A stretch of 63,723 nt of DNA, the filler included, from Chrysochromulina tobinii (lineage: Eukaryota), in assembly GCA_001275005.1 (NCBI GenBank). It is 8 parts of 8 records of this genome, joined end to end, with 100 filler letters (N's around TTAATTAATTAA, not from the genome) between each part and the next. Parts side by side here need not be neighbours in the genome. Positions count along the whole stretch, not along the records: positions 30,135 to 45,724 come from JWZX01000178.1; positions 45,825 to 53,631 come from JWZX01000179.1; positions 53,732 to 58,897 come from JWZX01000180.1; 5 more parts are not named here. One strand, 5' to 3'. Positions 44,346 to 54,830 of this stretch are shown here, one piece after another. How positions within the stretch are numbered: position 1 is the first letter of the stretch; every line of letters begins with the position of its first letter. The notes beneath the pieces were generated by a model. The model did no database searches. It was not told where the DNA came from and was given only the letters and a program-made list of their open reading frames with translations. The position numbers were made by a program, and so were the translations under genes.

Positions 44346-45485
44346 ATGCCTCCTGCCACAATCCTGATGATCTTCATGAACAACCCCAAGTCTATCACTC
44401 AGTGCAAGGCTGGCGGATGCGACGCTCAGCATGGCGATCCTCGCTTTGTTGCCCTCAAAGCCACCGCGCTCGAGCTGCAGCGCCGCGGGCATCGAGTGCT
44501 CATCGATGTTGCCGGCGGACTGAGCATCAGGCCGGATCAAGCACGGGAGCAGCTGCTTGGATTTGAGTGGATTGATGACCGATCGGTGTCCAAGTATGGC
44601 AAACCTGCCATTGCGATCGCCTGGTTCGCGTATTTTGCTGACAAGGGGACGAAGCGCAGCCCCATCGTTCAGAAGCTTCTGAATGATGCGACGGTGCCGA
44701 GGCTGTGGTACGAGAACGGCATGACAAAGGCCTCCGTGACCGTTGATCCCAAGGGCTTCCTGGGCGACTCGTACTATGTCTCATCACTCAACTCGCGCGT
44801 GCAGCGGCCACCGTTCGATGAGGCGAAGTGCGAGGCACACATCCGCGAGCATCTGGAAAGCGACTCGAGCAAGCGGCCGCAGTCGCGCGTGGTTGACATC
44901 CCGGCTTCCATCGTGCGTCGCTACATCTTCATCCCGACGCAAAAGTTTGATGACCTGTCCGTGCGCCAGTACAGCGCGATCAGCTATCCCCAGCTGCTTG
45001 ATCGAGCGGTCGACTTTTGCCGCGCGCAGAACCTGTCGCTGGTCATCAAGGTCCATCCGCATCTACGCGGCGAGGCGCGCTCAGAGCAACTGCGGCGCAT
45101 CCGGCGGCTCCGCGCGAGCTACACGAGGGTCTATGAGTCGCGTGCCTCGATCAACTTCCTGACCGCCTCTGCGCTCTTCACAGTCACGCTCAATGGAGGC
45201 ACCATCATGGATAACTTTTACACCCAGTCTCCCGTCCTAACGCTCGCGAAGGGCTTCTTTTCAGAGACGGACGCAGTCGTGAGTGATGTGGACGTGCTGC
45301 GTGGCATGTCGCGCATGCTCGCGCACGAGCTGCCGTGGTCCGCCGAGCGCAAGCGCCGCCAGCGGCAGGTGGTCTGCTGGTATGACCGCATGTGCTTGAA
45401 GGCGACCAACACGGGCGAGCAGAACGTGAAGGTTGTGCAGGCGCATGTAGACGCTCTCGGACTCGATCGGATCATTGAATTATGA
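44346..45485 (+). CDS. Capsule-polysaccharide-synthesis (KpsS/KpsC, GT107-like) glycosyltransferase
   Basis: WYENGM..VTVDPKGFLGDS, YIFIPTQKFDDLSVRQYS, LVIKVHPH, TVTLNGGTIMDNFYTQSPVLTLAKGFF resemble the Capsule_synth motifs (Q..D, KxHP, VTxNS..G). Intronless. Confidence 0.65.
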   Translation: MPPATILMIFMNNPKSITQCKAGGCDAQHGDPRFVALKATALELQRRGHRVLIDVAGGLSIRPDQAREQLLGFEWIDDRSVSKYGKPAIAIAWFAYFADKGTKRSPIVQKLLNDATVPRLWYENGMTKASVTVDPKGFLGDSYYVSSLNSRVQRPPFDEAKCEAHIREHLESDSSKRPQSRVVDIPASIVRRYIFIPTQKFDDLSVRQYSAISYPQLLDRAVDFCRAQNLSLVIKVHPHLRGEARSEQLRRIRRLRASYTRVYESRASINFLTASALFTVTLNGGTIMDNFYTQSPVLTLAKGFFSETDAVVSDVDVLRGMSRMLAHELPWSAERKRRQRQVVCWYDRMCLKATNTGEQNVKVVQAHVDALGLDRIIEL

Positions 45486-45724
45486 ATACACGTTGTTTGA
45501 GCTCCCTCGCAGAATCATGCAGGCAGTCAGAAGCCCTGGGGACGCGAACTATGATTAGACTATGTCCTACATGTAGTATTGTAGTTCGGGTTCTTTGGGT
45601 CCCTTGGGGCGCGCTCTGTGAAGGTTTCACACGCGTGACCGGCACCGGCTTCGTCGCCGCGCACAATGGGCAGTACGCCGACGCCCTCTCCAAAGGTGTC
45701 GGCGTCTCCCTACTCGTCGCCGAG

Positions 45725-45824
45725 NNNNNNNNNNNNNNNNNNNNNNNNNNNNNNNNNNNNNNNNNNNNTTAATTAATTAANNNNNNNNNNNNNNNNNNNN
45801 NNNNNNNNNNNNNNNNNNNNNNNN
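45725..45824. other. Artificial contig linker
   Basis: N44-TTAATTAATTAA-N44. Confidence 0.99.
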
Positions 45825-46305
45825 GTGGTGAGGGCGGCGGTGGCGAGGGCGGCGGTGGCAAGGGTGAAAGCGGCGGTGGTGATGGCGGAGGTGGCAAGGG
45901 CGGCGGTGGTGAGGGCGGTGGTGATGGCGATGGTGGCGAGGGCCATGGCGGTGGTGGTCATGGCGGCGGTGGCGATGGCGGTGGTGGTGATGGCGGCTGT
46001 GGCGAGGGCGTTGGTGGTCATAGCAGCGGTGGTGATGGCAGTGGTGGTCATGGCGGTGGTGGTGATGGCGGTGGTGGTGATGGCGGTGGTGGTGATGGCG
46101 GTGGTGGTGATGGCGGCGGTGGAGAGGGCGGTGGTGGTGATGGCGATGGTAGTGGCGGTGATGGCGGTGGTGGAAAGGGAGGCGGTGGCGAGGGCGGCGG
46201 TGGCGAGGGCGGCGGCGGCGAGGGCGGAGGTGGCGAGGGCGGTGGCGGTGGCGGTGGTGGCGGTGGTGGTGATGGCGGCTGTGGCGAGGGAGGCGGTGGT
46301 GAGGG
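45825..46305. repeat. Degenerate 15-bp minisatellite (GGTGGTGATGGCGGT-type)
   Basis: About 30 imperfect units. The minus strand reads SPPPP (with in-frame TGA stops), ITTTA/LATAA or HHHHR depending on frame. Confidence 0.85.
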
Positions 46306-46513
46306 CGCCACGGCTTTTCGCATTTGGGCGGTTTATGCGACTTCCAAGTAAGGTTCGAACGAAACATCTGATATAAGAAACGCACCAAACTAAGGCAATG
46401 GATCGCGCTGACGACGAAACACTCCTTGCCTTACATCGGCTTCGTTCGAGCCAACAACCCTTAAATGGATGAGGCTGTAAGTTCTCCCTTTTGCATTTGG
46501 CCTTCCGAAAGCG

Positions 46514-48639
46514 ATGACGATCTGCCCACATTGCCGACACTCCTTTAGCGCCCTCGGCAAGCACCTGGCGCAATCGCTGCCGTGCCGCCTCTCCCAGTAC
46601 CCTCCACCGCCGCCTCCGGAAGTCGACCACGAGGAAGTTGACAACTCTGAGAACGACATCACGGTGACCGTCGCCTACGGCCTCGCGAGGCTTCTCGTGC
46701 GCCACGGCTGCCACCATACGGCCGTGCAGGAGATGATCGCCATCACGAACAACGTGTTGGCGTTCGCGCAGTCCAACATCTTGTCGGACATGCGGCGGCT
46801 CCCTGGCTCCTCCTCGATCGCGGCGAGGATTGAAACCATCCTCGCTGAGCGCCTGAAGCTGTACGAGGGCCTCGACACGCCGCACAAGCAGATGAAGTTC
46901 ATCAAGAAGATGTTCGGCCCGAAGTACGTGGAGCCGACCCTTCTCTTTCTCGGCGAGCGCACGTACACGTTCGAGGACGAGGAGGGAACCATCCACACGT
47001 ACAAGGAGCAGGAGGCGCACGCGGTCACGTTCGACCTCGTAGCTGAGTCGATGCGTGTGATGGAGGCCTCGGACATCGCGTACCAGCACGTCGTCGACAC
47101 ATCGAGCCGCTGGCGCGTCGGGACGCGGAATCTTCCAAAGCCCACCGCCCTCGCCGACATTACCGACGGCACCAACTTCCTGGAGCATCCGCTCCTCGTC
47201 GACCCGGAGGACGACGACGTGCTCATCATCGCACTCATGCTCTCTGCCGACGCGGTGGAGACATGCAACCCGGTTGGGGTCGCACGCGGCAAGCACAAGA
47301 TCGTCGGCGTGCTCTTCTCGCTGCTCAACCTGCCGAGCGGCATGCGCACGCGCAAGGAATACATCGGCACCGCCATGCTCGCGCTGAATGACGACATGAA
47401 GTTCTACGGCGCCACACACCTGCTCGGCGGCTGCGACAGCGACCTCGAGCCGATTGCGGGCATGGAGGCGTCCGTGGGCGCACAGCTCCGACGCTACTCC
47501 ACGCCCGTCCCCGTCACCGTCCGTGGCAAGCAGTGGCGGCTGAAGATCGTCCCGGTGCTGCTCACCGCGGACTTCGAGGCGCAAGGCCTCTTCGGCTTCG
47601 AGAGTGAGAGCGCTAATGCTCACTTCCTCTGCCGCCTCTGCCTCTTCAACAAGTCGGTGGAGGGTGCCTACACCAAGCCGACCGACTACATCTCGAAGCC
47701 GGGGCGTGGGCGTGGGCGCAAGCGCCCGTGGCCAGAGCGCACAGCGCCCGAGGTGGAGGCGCTCATGGCCGAGTTGCGCGAGCTGCGCGAGCAAAACGAT
47801 GCTAAAGGAGCTGAGGAGTTCTCCACCAAGCACGGCATCTTTTCGTCCGAGTCGCCCTTTCACTCGAAGGTCACGCCGGGCTTCAACATCGTGGACTTTA
47901 GGCCACAGGACACCATGCACCTGATCGGCTGTGGCCTCGGCCTGCGCGACGCGTCAGAGCTGGTCCATTGGGGTGTGAAGAGGGTGAAGGCCTTCGACGT
48001 GCCAAAGCTCAACGGACGGCTCGCAAGGTGCGCGCCGCCCTAGCCGCCGGTACCCACGCATGCACTGATCTCGCTCGCTCCCTTTGCCCTCACAGCATGA
48101 AGGAGGACAGCGCCGACGCAATCGACCTGCCGGCCTTCCACCCCTGCATCGTCGAGTCCGACGAGTTGGGCATGGCGAAGAACAAGTTGAGGCTAAAGGC
48201 GGCGCAGGTGCACACCTTCATGCGCATTAGCGAGGAGCTCATCAGCCCGCTGCTCGGCGACCATGTGGACGACCCAGTCTGGCAGGCGTGGCTGAAGCAC
48301 GTTGAGCTGGTCAACTTGATGATGGCGCCCAACTTCACTCTCTCGTCGGTGAATAATCTGGACAAGATGATCCATGAGCACCAGGCACTCTATGCCGACC
48401 TGCATAAGGCCCACTTCCTCCCCAAGCACCATTTCATGCGCCACGTGCCCAAGGACATCCTGCGCTGTGGCCCTCCGCGCTACTACTGGTGCTTCCCATT
48501 CGAGGCTTACAACCGCCGCGTGAAGCACTGGGCGGAGCACTCTAACCGAAAGGCCGAGCTGCTGCACGTGGCTATGATGCTGTCGCTGCAGACGGCATTG
48601 GAGCTGATGGAGATGCGTGAAGCTGCTGATGATGAATGA
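46514..48639 (+). CDS. CACTA/CMC-superfamily (EnSpm/Mirage/Plavaka-like) DDE transposase; exons 46514-48027, 48096-48639
   Basis: N-terminal CPHC..HL; DITDG; LMLSADAVETCNP..KHKI..SLLNLP..R; TADFEA; CRLC; QDTMH; PKHHFMRH..GPPRYYWCFPFEAYN. In-frame GT-AG intron 48028-48095. Confidence 0.8.
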
Positions 48640-48989
48640 TTCTCTTGTGTGCTGACGATCTGCATACATCTGAGTGTATGCGTATACATGTACATAGATC
48701 CGATCGGTCAGCAGGGTCTAGCAGTTCCACAGTGACACGTTCGCCGGGTTCCCGGCGAGTTCGGAGTGTTGGTACCGGACGAGAGCGCCGCCTGAGTGTG
48801 ACCGCAGTCGCGCGCGGTGTGCGCGCGTGAGACTGTGTGGTTACGAGGTCTTGTACAATATACATGCCTTAGTAACGAGGACCCTCGTGAGTTCGGCCTT
48901 TCCAACGAGCCTGGTAACGAGACTCGTAATTAAGCTACGAGCCCAACCCTAGTAACAACCCTCGTTATCAGCCTGATTTTTTTGCAGTG
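46514..48989 (+). mobile_element. CACTA-type DNA transposon; right terminus at 48989, left end not located
   Basis: Ends ...TTTTTTTGCAGTG (CACTGCAAAAAAA on the minus strand). Preceded by ~8 direct/inverted (T/C)AACGAG/CTCGTTA subterminal repeats at 48841-48968. Confidence 0.75.
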
Positions 48990-49687
48990 CAGACGCGCCG
49001 ACCGACACTTGGGTTCAGATTCTAAAATCCCCGCCGCAACGCGCGTGGTGGCGGCCTCTTCGCTCCTTCTCACTGAAATCACACGACATAATCTTCCGGG
49101 CGTCGCGTGCGGACGAATAAGTGGCGTGGAGAGTCGAATCGTCAGCGCGAGTCACACATCAAGTCGGCGTGATCATGATATTGAGATATCTGAGACACAG
49201 GGACTTTCTCACACGACAGTTGCTTTCTCATCAGACTTCTCTGAGATGTGTCAAGTGAGGACTGAGGTTGGCCAGCACGTCAAACCAGCACGGACTGGGG
49301 AGCAGCTTCGAATATTTTATTTAAATCCCTAATCAGAGCTAGAAGAGCAAACGGTGTGGGACTCTCGACTCGACCGCGGCGTTACGTCTTACGACTACTT
49401 GCGATAGCGGATAGGCCACTGAGGTCAATAGCTGCAGCGCCCCGCCAGTGGACGGAAATGGACGGATTCGGCAGTGCCAGGCCAATATGACGTTAGAGAC
49501 TTACCTTCAGGGCAGGAAAAACGGGCGGTTCGCCGAGTACCGCGCGGTATTGTAGTATTTACCGGGTATTACGGATCTGAATGCACGTGTTTTCTGAACG
49601 TACGCTCTAGTGACTAGTCTCTACCCGACCACGAGTGGCTGTCTGGCTGAGTAAAAAGCGCACGCGCGCCGCGCATAATATCGTCTC

Positions 49688-50692
49688 TCAGCTCCGCCCA
49701 CACATGGGTAGCCCGTATGGATAGCTGGGCAGCACCGCCCATGGCTTCTGTCCGAACGTCACGTTCCGCACGTACGAGTATGACGCGTTCGAGTGACAGT
49801 GCTCAACGCACTGGAACTCGAACACTGGCGCGTTCGCCGCGCGGACATCCACAAGCACGCGAGCCTCCGCCTCGGTAATGTTGCGGAGCCTCGCTGCGTC
49901 GGGATGGTGGCCCCGAAGAATTTCACCGAGACTCTCTTCTTTGGTGCACCCGGCAACGTGCACCCTGTCAAGGTGGAGCCCACATCCCAGGCGGCACTCA
50001 TCAAATCCCAAGGTGAGGCACCTCTGATGGGAGTCTAATCGGGAGGGCCACGTCTCAAAGTAGCCATGTGCAGCGCTCCGCGTCAGCAACGCCCAGATGC
50101 CACCCTTATTGCAACGCCACCCCTTTAACCCGAAGCCGCCCTTCTGACCTAGCAATTCAGAAGTAAAGAGCTGCTTGACTTTCCGGTCTTCCAACCACGT
50201 GGGCCAGAGCTCGTAGCCCGGCATGCGCATTTTGAGCAGCACATCGGGCCGCACGCGCATCAGCCACTTGTAGCGGAAACCGCGATGTCCTTCATGGGCG
50301 AGCACCTGATTCAAGCACGAGCTCAGAGTCATAGTCTCGTTGTCGCTGTCAGCAAAGGAGTGCTCATTGAGCACAGGGCGCAGCGGCTCGATCCACTTGC
50401 GTGCCTCCGCCTCGGTCCACTTGCCAAACACCTGTTCGACGTCCTCCTTCAACTTTTTCTTTTTGTACCTGTCGCGCGCAACGTAATACTCCAGAGTGCC
50501 TGCGCCCCTGCGCAGGTCCATTGCCATAAAGACGTCCGTCTGCCGCTCGATGGGCTCAATAATCAACTTATAAGTATTGTAAGCCGTGAGGCCGATTGTG
50601 CGCGCGACACCTGCGATGCATACGGCCACCTGCTTGGCATGACTCGGCTGCGATGGCACCGCAGGTTTCGGCTCTCCCTCGGCGCAGGCCAT
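49688..50692 (-). CDS. Putative glycosyltransferase-like protein of the algal/giant-virus 'VAVCxxGxxR ... YxxxxRxRPD' type
   Basis: QVAVCIAGVART..DVFMAMD..CLNQVLAHEGHRGFRYKWLMRVRPDVLL. Confidence 0.55.
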   Translation of the reverse strand: MACAEGEPKPAVPSQPSHAKQVAVCIAGVARTIGLTAYNTYKLIIEPIERQTDVFMAMDLRRGAGTLEYYVARDRYKKKKLKEDVEQVFGKWTEAEARKWIEPLRPVLNEHSFADSDNETMTLSSCLNQVLAHEGHRGFRYKWLMRVRPDVLLKMRMPGYELWPTWLEDRKVKQLFTSELLGQKGGFGLKGWRCNKGGIWALLTRSAAHGYFETWPSRLDSHQRCLTLGFDECRLGCGLHLDRVHVAGCTKEESLGEILRGHHPDAARLRNITEAEARVLVDVRAANAPVFEFQCVEHCHSNASYSYVRNVTFGQKPWAVLPSYPYGLPMCGRS

Positions 50693-50788
50693 TGCGCGTT
50701 TCACATTTTGAAAAGTTGCAGAGGAAAGCAAGGGGCTGGGAGCCCCTTGAGAGAAGAAAGGATGTAGCTAAACGGAGAGAGAGAGTAT

Positions 50789-51251
50789 TACCGGTAAAAA
50801 AGACACCGGGGGAGCCGGGACTCACGCGGGACACACGTGGCCGTGGTAAAGTCAAGACCCTGAAGAGAAGTGTGGACCCCGGCTCCCCCCCTCAAGCTCC
50901 CCCCCCGGTCGTTTGGTTCAAAAACAAGGGGTTTGGTTCGCCGGCTCCGCCCCTTGTTTTTGAATCAAAACACCGGAGGGAGTCGGGACACACACACGAG
51001 ACAGACACACCAATCACGAACCTCAAGATTCACGAACCATGGAACCAACTAAAAAACAACCTCTCAAGAACCTCTACCTGTACCGTACCCTACAAGTAAA
51101 CAAGCGCTATCAAACTACTGTACTGAAGTAACGGTACCGGTACCGTAATGACGAGGTTCTCGAGTCCGGGACGTTTCCTTTTACCCGGTACCGGTACGAG
51201 GTTCGCGACGGGACCATATGTGTGTCGCTGTGTCCCGTCATTTTACCGGTA
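50789..51251. mobile_element. Non-autonomous element or repeat composite bounded by TACCGGTAAAA inverted termini
   Basis: Left end taccggtaaaa, right end ttttaccggta. Internal 15-bp-stem hairpin at 50917-50964. Left end is homologous to 13561-13595. Confidence 0.55.
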
Positions 51252-51270
51252 GCCCATACAGGACCGGTTG

Positions 51271-52602
51271 ATGCGGGACTCATCGATTCCTCATGCCGGG
51301 ATGTGCCGAGCCTCATCGACGGGCCAGCGGGCATTGCGGTGCGGCGTCTCGCCTGCATCGACACCACTGCTCGTTTCTGGACACGTCGCCAGCACTCTCG
51401 GTGAGAGCCTGAACAGCCTTCTCATCCTCATGGCGCTGGCCATGCGCCTTAATGCATCATTCAGCCTGCCATGGCTTCCTCAGCACCAATACTTCGTCCC
51501 GAGCGGTCTCTGCCACTGGTACTACGACGTCGCCCAAGATGGCATCGACTTGCGCGAAGTCATCAATATGACGCGCCTCGGATCTGTCCTGCCAGTGGAC
51601 TTCAACAACGATGAACGCTGTCTGGCAAACAACAGTGGCTCACGCGTGGCCATCCAAATCCACCGTCATGGCGCGCATTGGATTCGCCCTGACTATTTTG
51701 CTCCGTCGGGCACGATCGCACAGAATACAACGCCGCAATCTCTTCACCTTCCCAAGTTGGACAGCATGGGTGGCTTCGATTCAGCCATCCAAGCAATCCA
51801 CACTCTCAGGCGACGCTACCGTGGAGACCTTCCGGTGACGATCCTTGTGCGTATGGACGGTTATCCGGAGCTGAGCTGTGGATTGTGGGGTCTAGCTCAA
51901 GAAGTGCTACGACTGATGCCGCACATTGAGCTCGTGCGCCCGCCTGCGCCAAGTACAACACTGGAGTCCGTGGTCGATGAGGAGCTTTCTCTGAGCGGGC
52001 AGTGCGGTTACGTATTCTTCCGCGGCTCTGCAACTATGAGACTTAGTCCAACAGTAGCATCATCTCAGACAATTCGAGTGTCGTCAGTCTCTCCAGAGGT
52101 CGCCACTTATCAGTCGTACGCGCACTTGCAAACAGGTGCGGTTGACATAGATAAGGCGGCCAGATCGCTTTCAATAGCATTGAAAGCTGCTGGGTGCACA
52201 TGCGCTTACCTTGACTTCGTGGTTGATGCCGAGAGAGAAAAAAAGTACGGGAAATTTCCGTTGGTTGGGGCTCTCGGTCGACATGGCGTGCGCGTATTCG
52301 ATTGGCGAGTCCCGGCTGCCTACAAGCTCGTGCCGAGCCCACGATGGTTGAGACCTCCGATGACAGAGAACTTGCTCAAGCTCTTCTATGCACGCCACTC
52401 AAGATTGTTCATAGCGGAGCGCGGTTCGTGTTGGCCTGATCTTGTGACGATGATTAGGAGTGAATACAAGCAACCCAGCATGACGATGCGCGCCGGAAAG
52501 AACGCCAGCTTGCTGTTGGATACAGTCCCTCGCTGTGTGCGCGTGCGGGGAACATGCACAGACCCGACAGCGCCTTTCCCGTACCGCGAGGGCGCATGTT
52601 GA
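51271..52602 (+). CDS. O-fucosyltransferase-like (GT65/GT68-type) protein
   Basis: LGESLNSLLILMALAMRLNASFSLPW..DLREVINMTRL..YAHLQ..YARHSRLFIAERGSCWPDLVTMIR..QPS follows the O-FucT pattern, but the catalytic motifs are divergent. Confidence 0.55.
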   Translation: MRDSSIPHAGMCRASSTGQRALRCGVSPASTPLLVSGHVASTLGESLNSLLILMALAMRLNASFSLPWLPQHQYFVPSGLCHWYYDVAQDGIDLREVINMTRLGSVLPVDFNNDERCLANNSGSRVAIQIHRHGAHWIRPDYFAPSGTIAQNTTPQSLHLPKLDSMGGFDSAIQAIHTLRRRYRGDLPVTILVRMDGYPELSCGLWGLAQEVLRLMPHIELVRPPAPSTTLESVVDEELSLSGQCGYVFFRGSATMRLSPTVASSQTIRVSSVSPEVATYQSYAHLQTGAVDIDKAARSLSIALKAAGCTCAYLDFVVDAEREKKYGKFPLVGALGRHGVRVFDWRVPAAYKLVPSPRWLRPPMTENLLKLFYARHSRLFIAERGSCWPDLVTMIRSEYKQPSMTMRAGKNASLLLDTVPRCVRVRGTCTDPTAPFPYREGAC

Positions 52603-53347
52603 TAAAGCTAGGTGTCGTCGAGTATATTCAGAGCGCGTCATCTTCCGATTTTTCGCGTCACGCATTTATTGTAATCATACATGTCCGCCCCTCCCGGCGT
52701 TCTCGCGTCATGGTCGCGCCCTCTCGTTCCCGGCTTATACAATCGTGACGTGACCCCGACCGCGACCCGCGCTGACAAGTGAGCCCTCTGACATCTGCTG
52801 ACCAGACTGCTCGGCTCGCGCAGCCCCACCCAATGTGCCGCAGACCTATCTGAGATTCCCGCTGCCGAAGCGAGTACCGGCATGGGTACAGGTATCGGTT
52901 GGCGCCGATTCCGTTGCCGATCCCACACACGCTCGCATAGACACAGGGACTCGAAAATGCACATGCCACGACGGTCGCCATGCTCATTCGCACAGTTGCG
53001 CAGAGGCTCCCTCACTCGCACGTCATGGTACACACACACACAGGCATCTATTGGCTGCCGCTGTTCTGTCACTGCTGTCGATCTTGGCGCAATGCCACGG
53101 CGACCACACTCCCACTTGCCATGCCCTTTGCGTGGCCATGCGACCAACCCTGTGGTGCTAGAGGCCACCGCAGCGACGACGAGCCTCGGCATGCGAGAGG
53201 CTACCGCCACAGGTACACCACCGCAGGATGAATCACTCGGAGCTGGAGGCGCCTCAGACAGGGCCGCCGCCTCAATAGCGAGCGAGGAGCATGACAGGTG
53301 GAACAGCCCTGCCGCTGTGCGACAGGCGGCAAGGGCGGGCCAGGAAC

Positions 53348-53631
53348 TCAGTGCGCATGGATACCAAGCCACTGCATGAACATCGTACGGAAAGAGCCAG
53401 AGGTGACGGACGCGTTGGTGCCGAAGCCGAACTCGCCCTGCTCCATCACCGTGAGCTCGATCGTGTCCATACCGCCGCTCTTGAGGCGCATGGGCGTGTA
53501 CGCGCCCGGCCCGATGAGGCCAGTCTGGCTGTCCTCAGCGCCGCCGTCAATTTCGTCGCTAGTGTACCTGCTCGCGCGGCCCACCTTGGACATCATGTTG
53601 CCCTGCTGCGGCTCGATGGAAGCAGCGGGTT
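53348..53631 (-). CDS. 3' fragment of an unknown protein containing a GPGAY motif
   Basis: Open frame from the contig edge to the stop at 53348 with coding-like codon usage. Confidence 0.35.
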
Positions 53632-53731
53632 NNNNNNNNNNNNNNNNNNNNNNNNNNNNNNNNNNNNNNNNNNNNTTAATTAATTAANNNNNNNNNNNNN
53701 NNNNNNNNNNNNNNNNNNNNNNNNNNNNNNN
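53632..53731. other. Artificial contig linker
   Basis: N44-TTAATTAATTAA-N44. Confidence 0.99.
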
Positions 53732-54830
53732 AGGCGGGGGTGGAGGCGGGGGTGGAGTGCCGTCAGTGGGCGGCATGCCGAGCGGCATGCCGAGCGTGCC
53801 TGTGGCCGATGGGATGGACGTACTGGTGCCGGTCCCAGTACCAGTACCGGTGGCGGAGCCCCCCGAGCCCCCAATGGCCACAGCCACCCAACATGAGTCG
53901 TGTACGTGCCTCCATGTGACTTGATACTTGCGTGTCATCTCCTCGTGGGCGCGCAGCTCGCCGCCCTTGTCGGCCTTGACGACCTCGACGTCGTCATAAT
54001 AGACCTAATGAGGGAGGCCATCAGAGGTGCATCAGAGGTCATCAGAGGTCCATCAGAGGTCCATCAGAGGCCATCAAGAAGCGCACTCAGAGGCCATCAG
54101 AGGTCCATCAGAGGTCCATCAGGGGCCATCATAGGTCCATCAGAGGCCATCAGCAGCGCACCACTGTCCCTGGCACGATGATGCCCTGCGCAAAGCACCA
54201 GTCGAGGCACTGCACGGCGGAGAGGTACAGGTCGACGTCGATGTCGATAAGCAGCGCCGGCTGCATGCGCCGCTCGTTGACGAGACTCTGTGTGAGGACA
54301 TCCAAGAAGAAGCCCTTGACCAGCCGCGTCTTCGCTGCATGCGACGGTCCGAGGAAGTCCTCAATCCGGCGGCGGACCTCGCCAAAGGTGTAGACGCCAA
54401 ACTGGTCGGCAGCGGAGAAGCCCCCTGGCTTCCACTCGTCGCCTTCGAGAGCCACGCCGGGTGCCTCCTCTGGAAGCCCCTCGAAGCTGTCGAAGCCCCA
54501 CATCTGGCCTGTCGCAACCTTGAGCGATGCGAACCGATCGAGCCAAAATTTGATGGACGCGCCAGTGTACACACCAAAGGTGTACAGGTCGCGGCCCGTG
54601 CAGTCCGTTTGGTCCTTCAGGTCCGCCATGAGGACCTGCAGGGCGCGCCGGCGATTACGAGACGCCTCTCCCTCCATCGGCATGAACGTGCGACGGAACG
54701 CCATGCCTCGGCCCTTGCCGATCCCGTAGCTGGCGCGATCGGTCGCCCACGTCCCTTGGCGCAGCTGATCCTCATCCTCGGTGGCGTCCCGGGACTCAGG
54801 CTCAGGCGGCGGCCGCGGTCCCGCCGCCAT
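53732..54830 (-). CDS. TylF/MycF-like SAM-dependent sugar O-methyltransferase, 3'-partial; exons 54830-54162, 54004-<53732
   Basis: TFGVYTGAS, WGFDSFEGLP, LVKGFF, IDIDVDLYLS, and spliced PGTV/VYYDD. Confidence 0.8.
54017..54152. repeat. 10-11-bp tandem repeat (CCATCAGAGG(T)) filling the TylF-gene intron
   Basis: About 11 imperfect copies read directly. Confidence 0.9.

Noticed and set aside
48990..49680. Non-coding stretch after the CACTA end examined for tRNA/ncRNA or a second TIR
   Set aside because: No cloverleaf, rRNA similarity or convincing inverted repeat seen by eye.
52638..53372. 244-aa minus-strand ORF and overlapping plus-strand ORFs
   Set aside because: No recognisable motifs; likely UTR/intergenic or unresolved exons.
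44346..54830. Apparent glycan-biosynthesis cluster (KpsS-like, GT-like, O-FucT-like, TylF-like)
   Set aside because: The genes span three contigs separated by artificial linkers; only the 49688-52602 pair is demonstrably adjacent.
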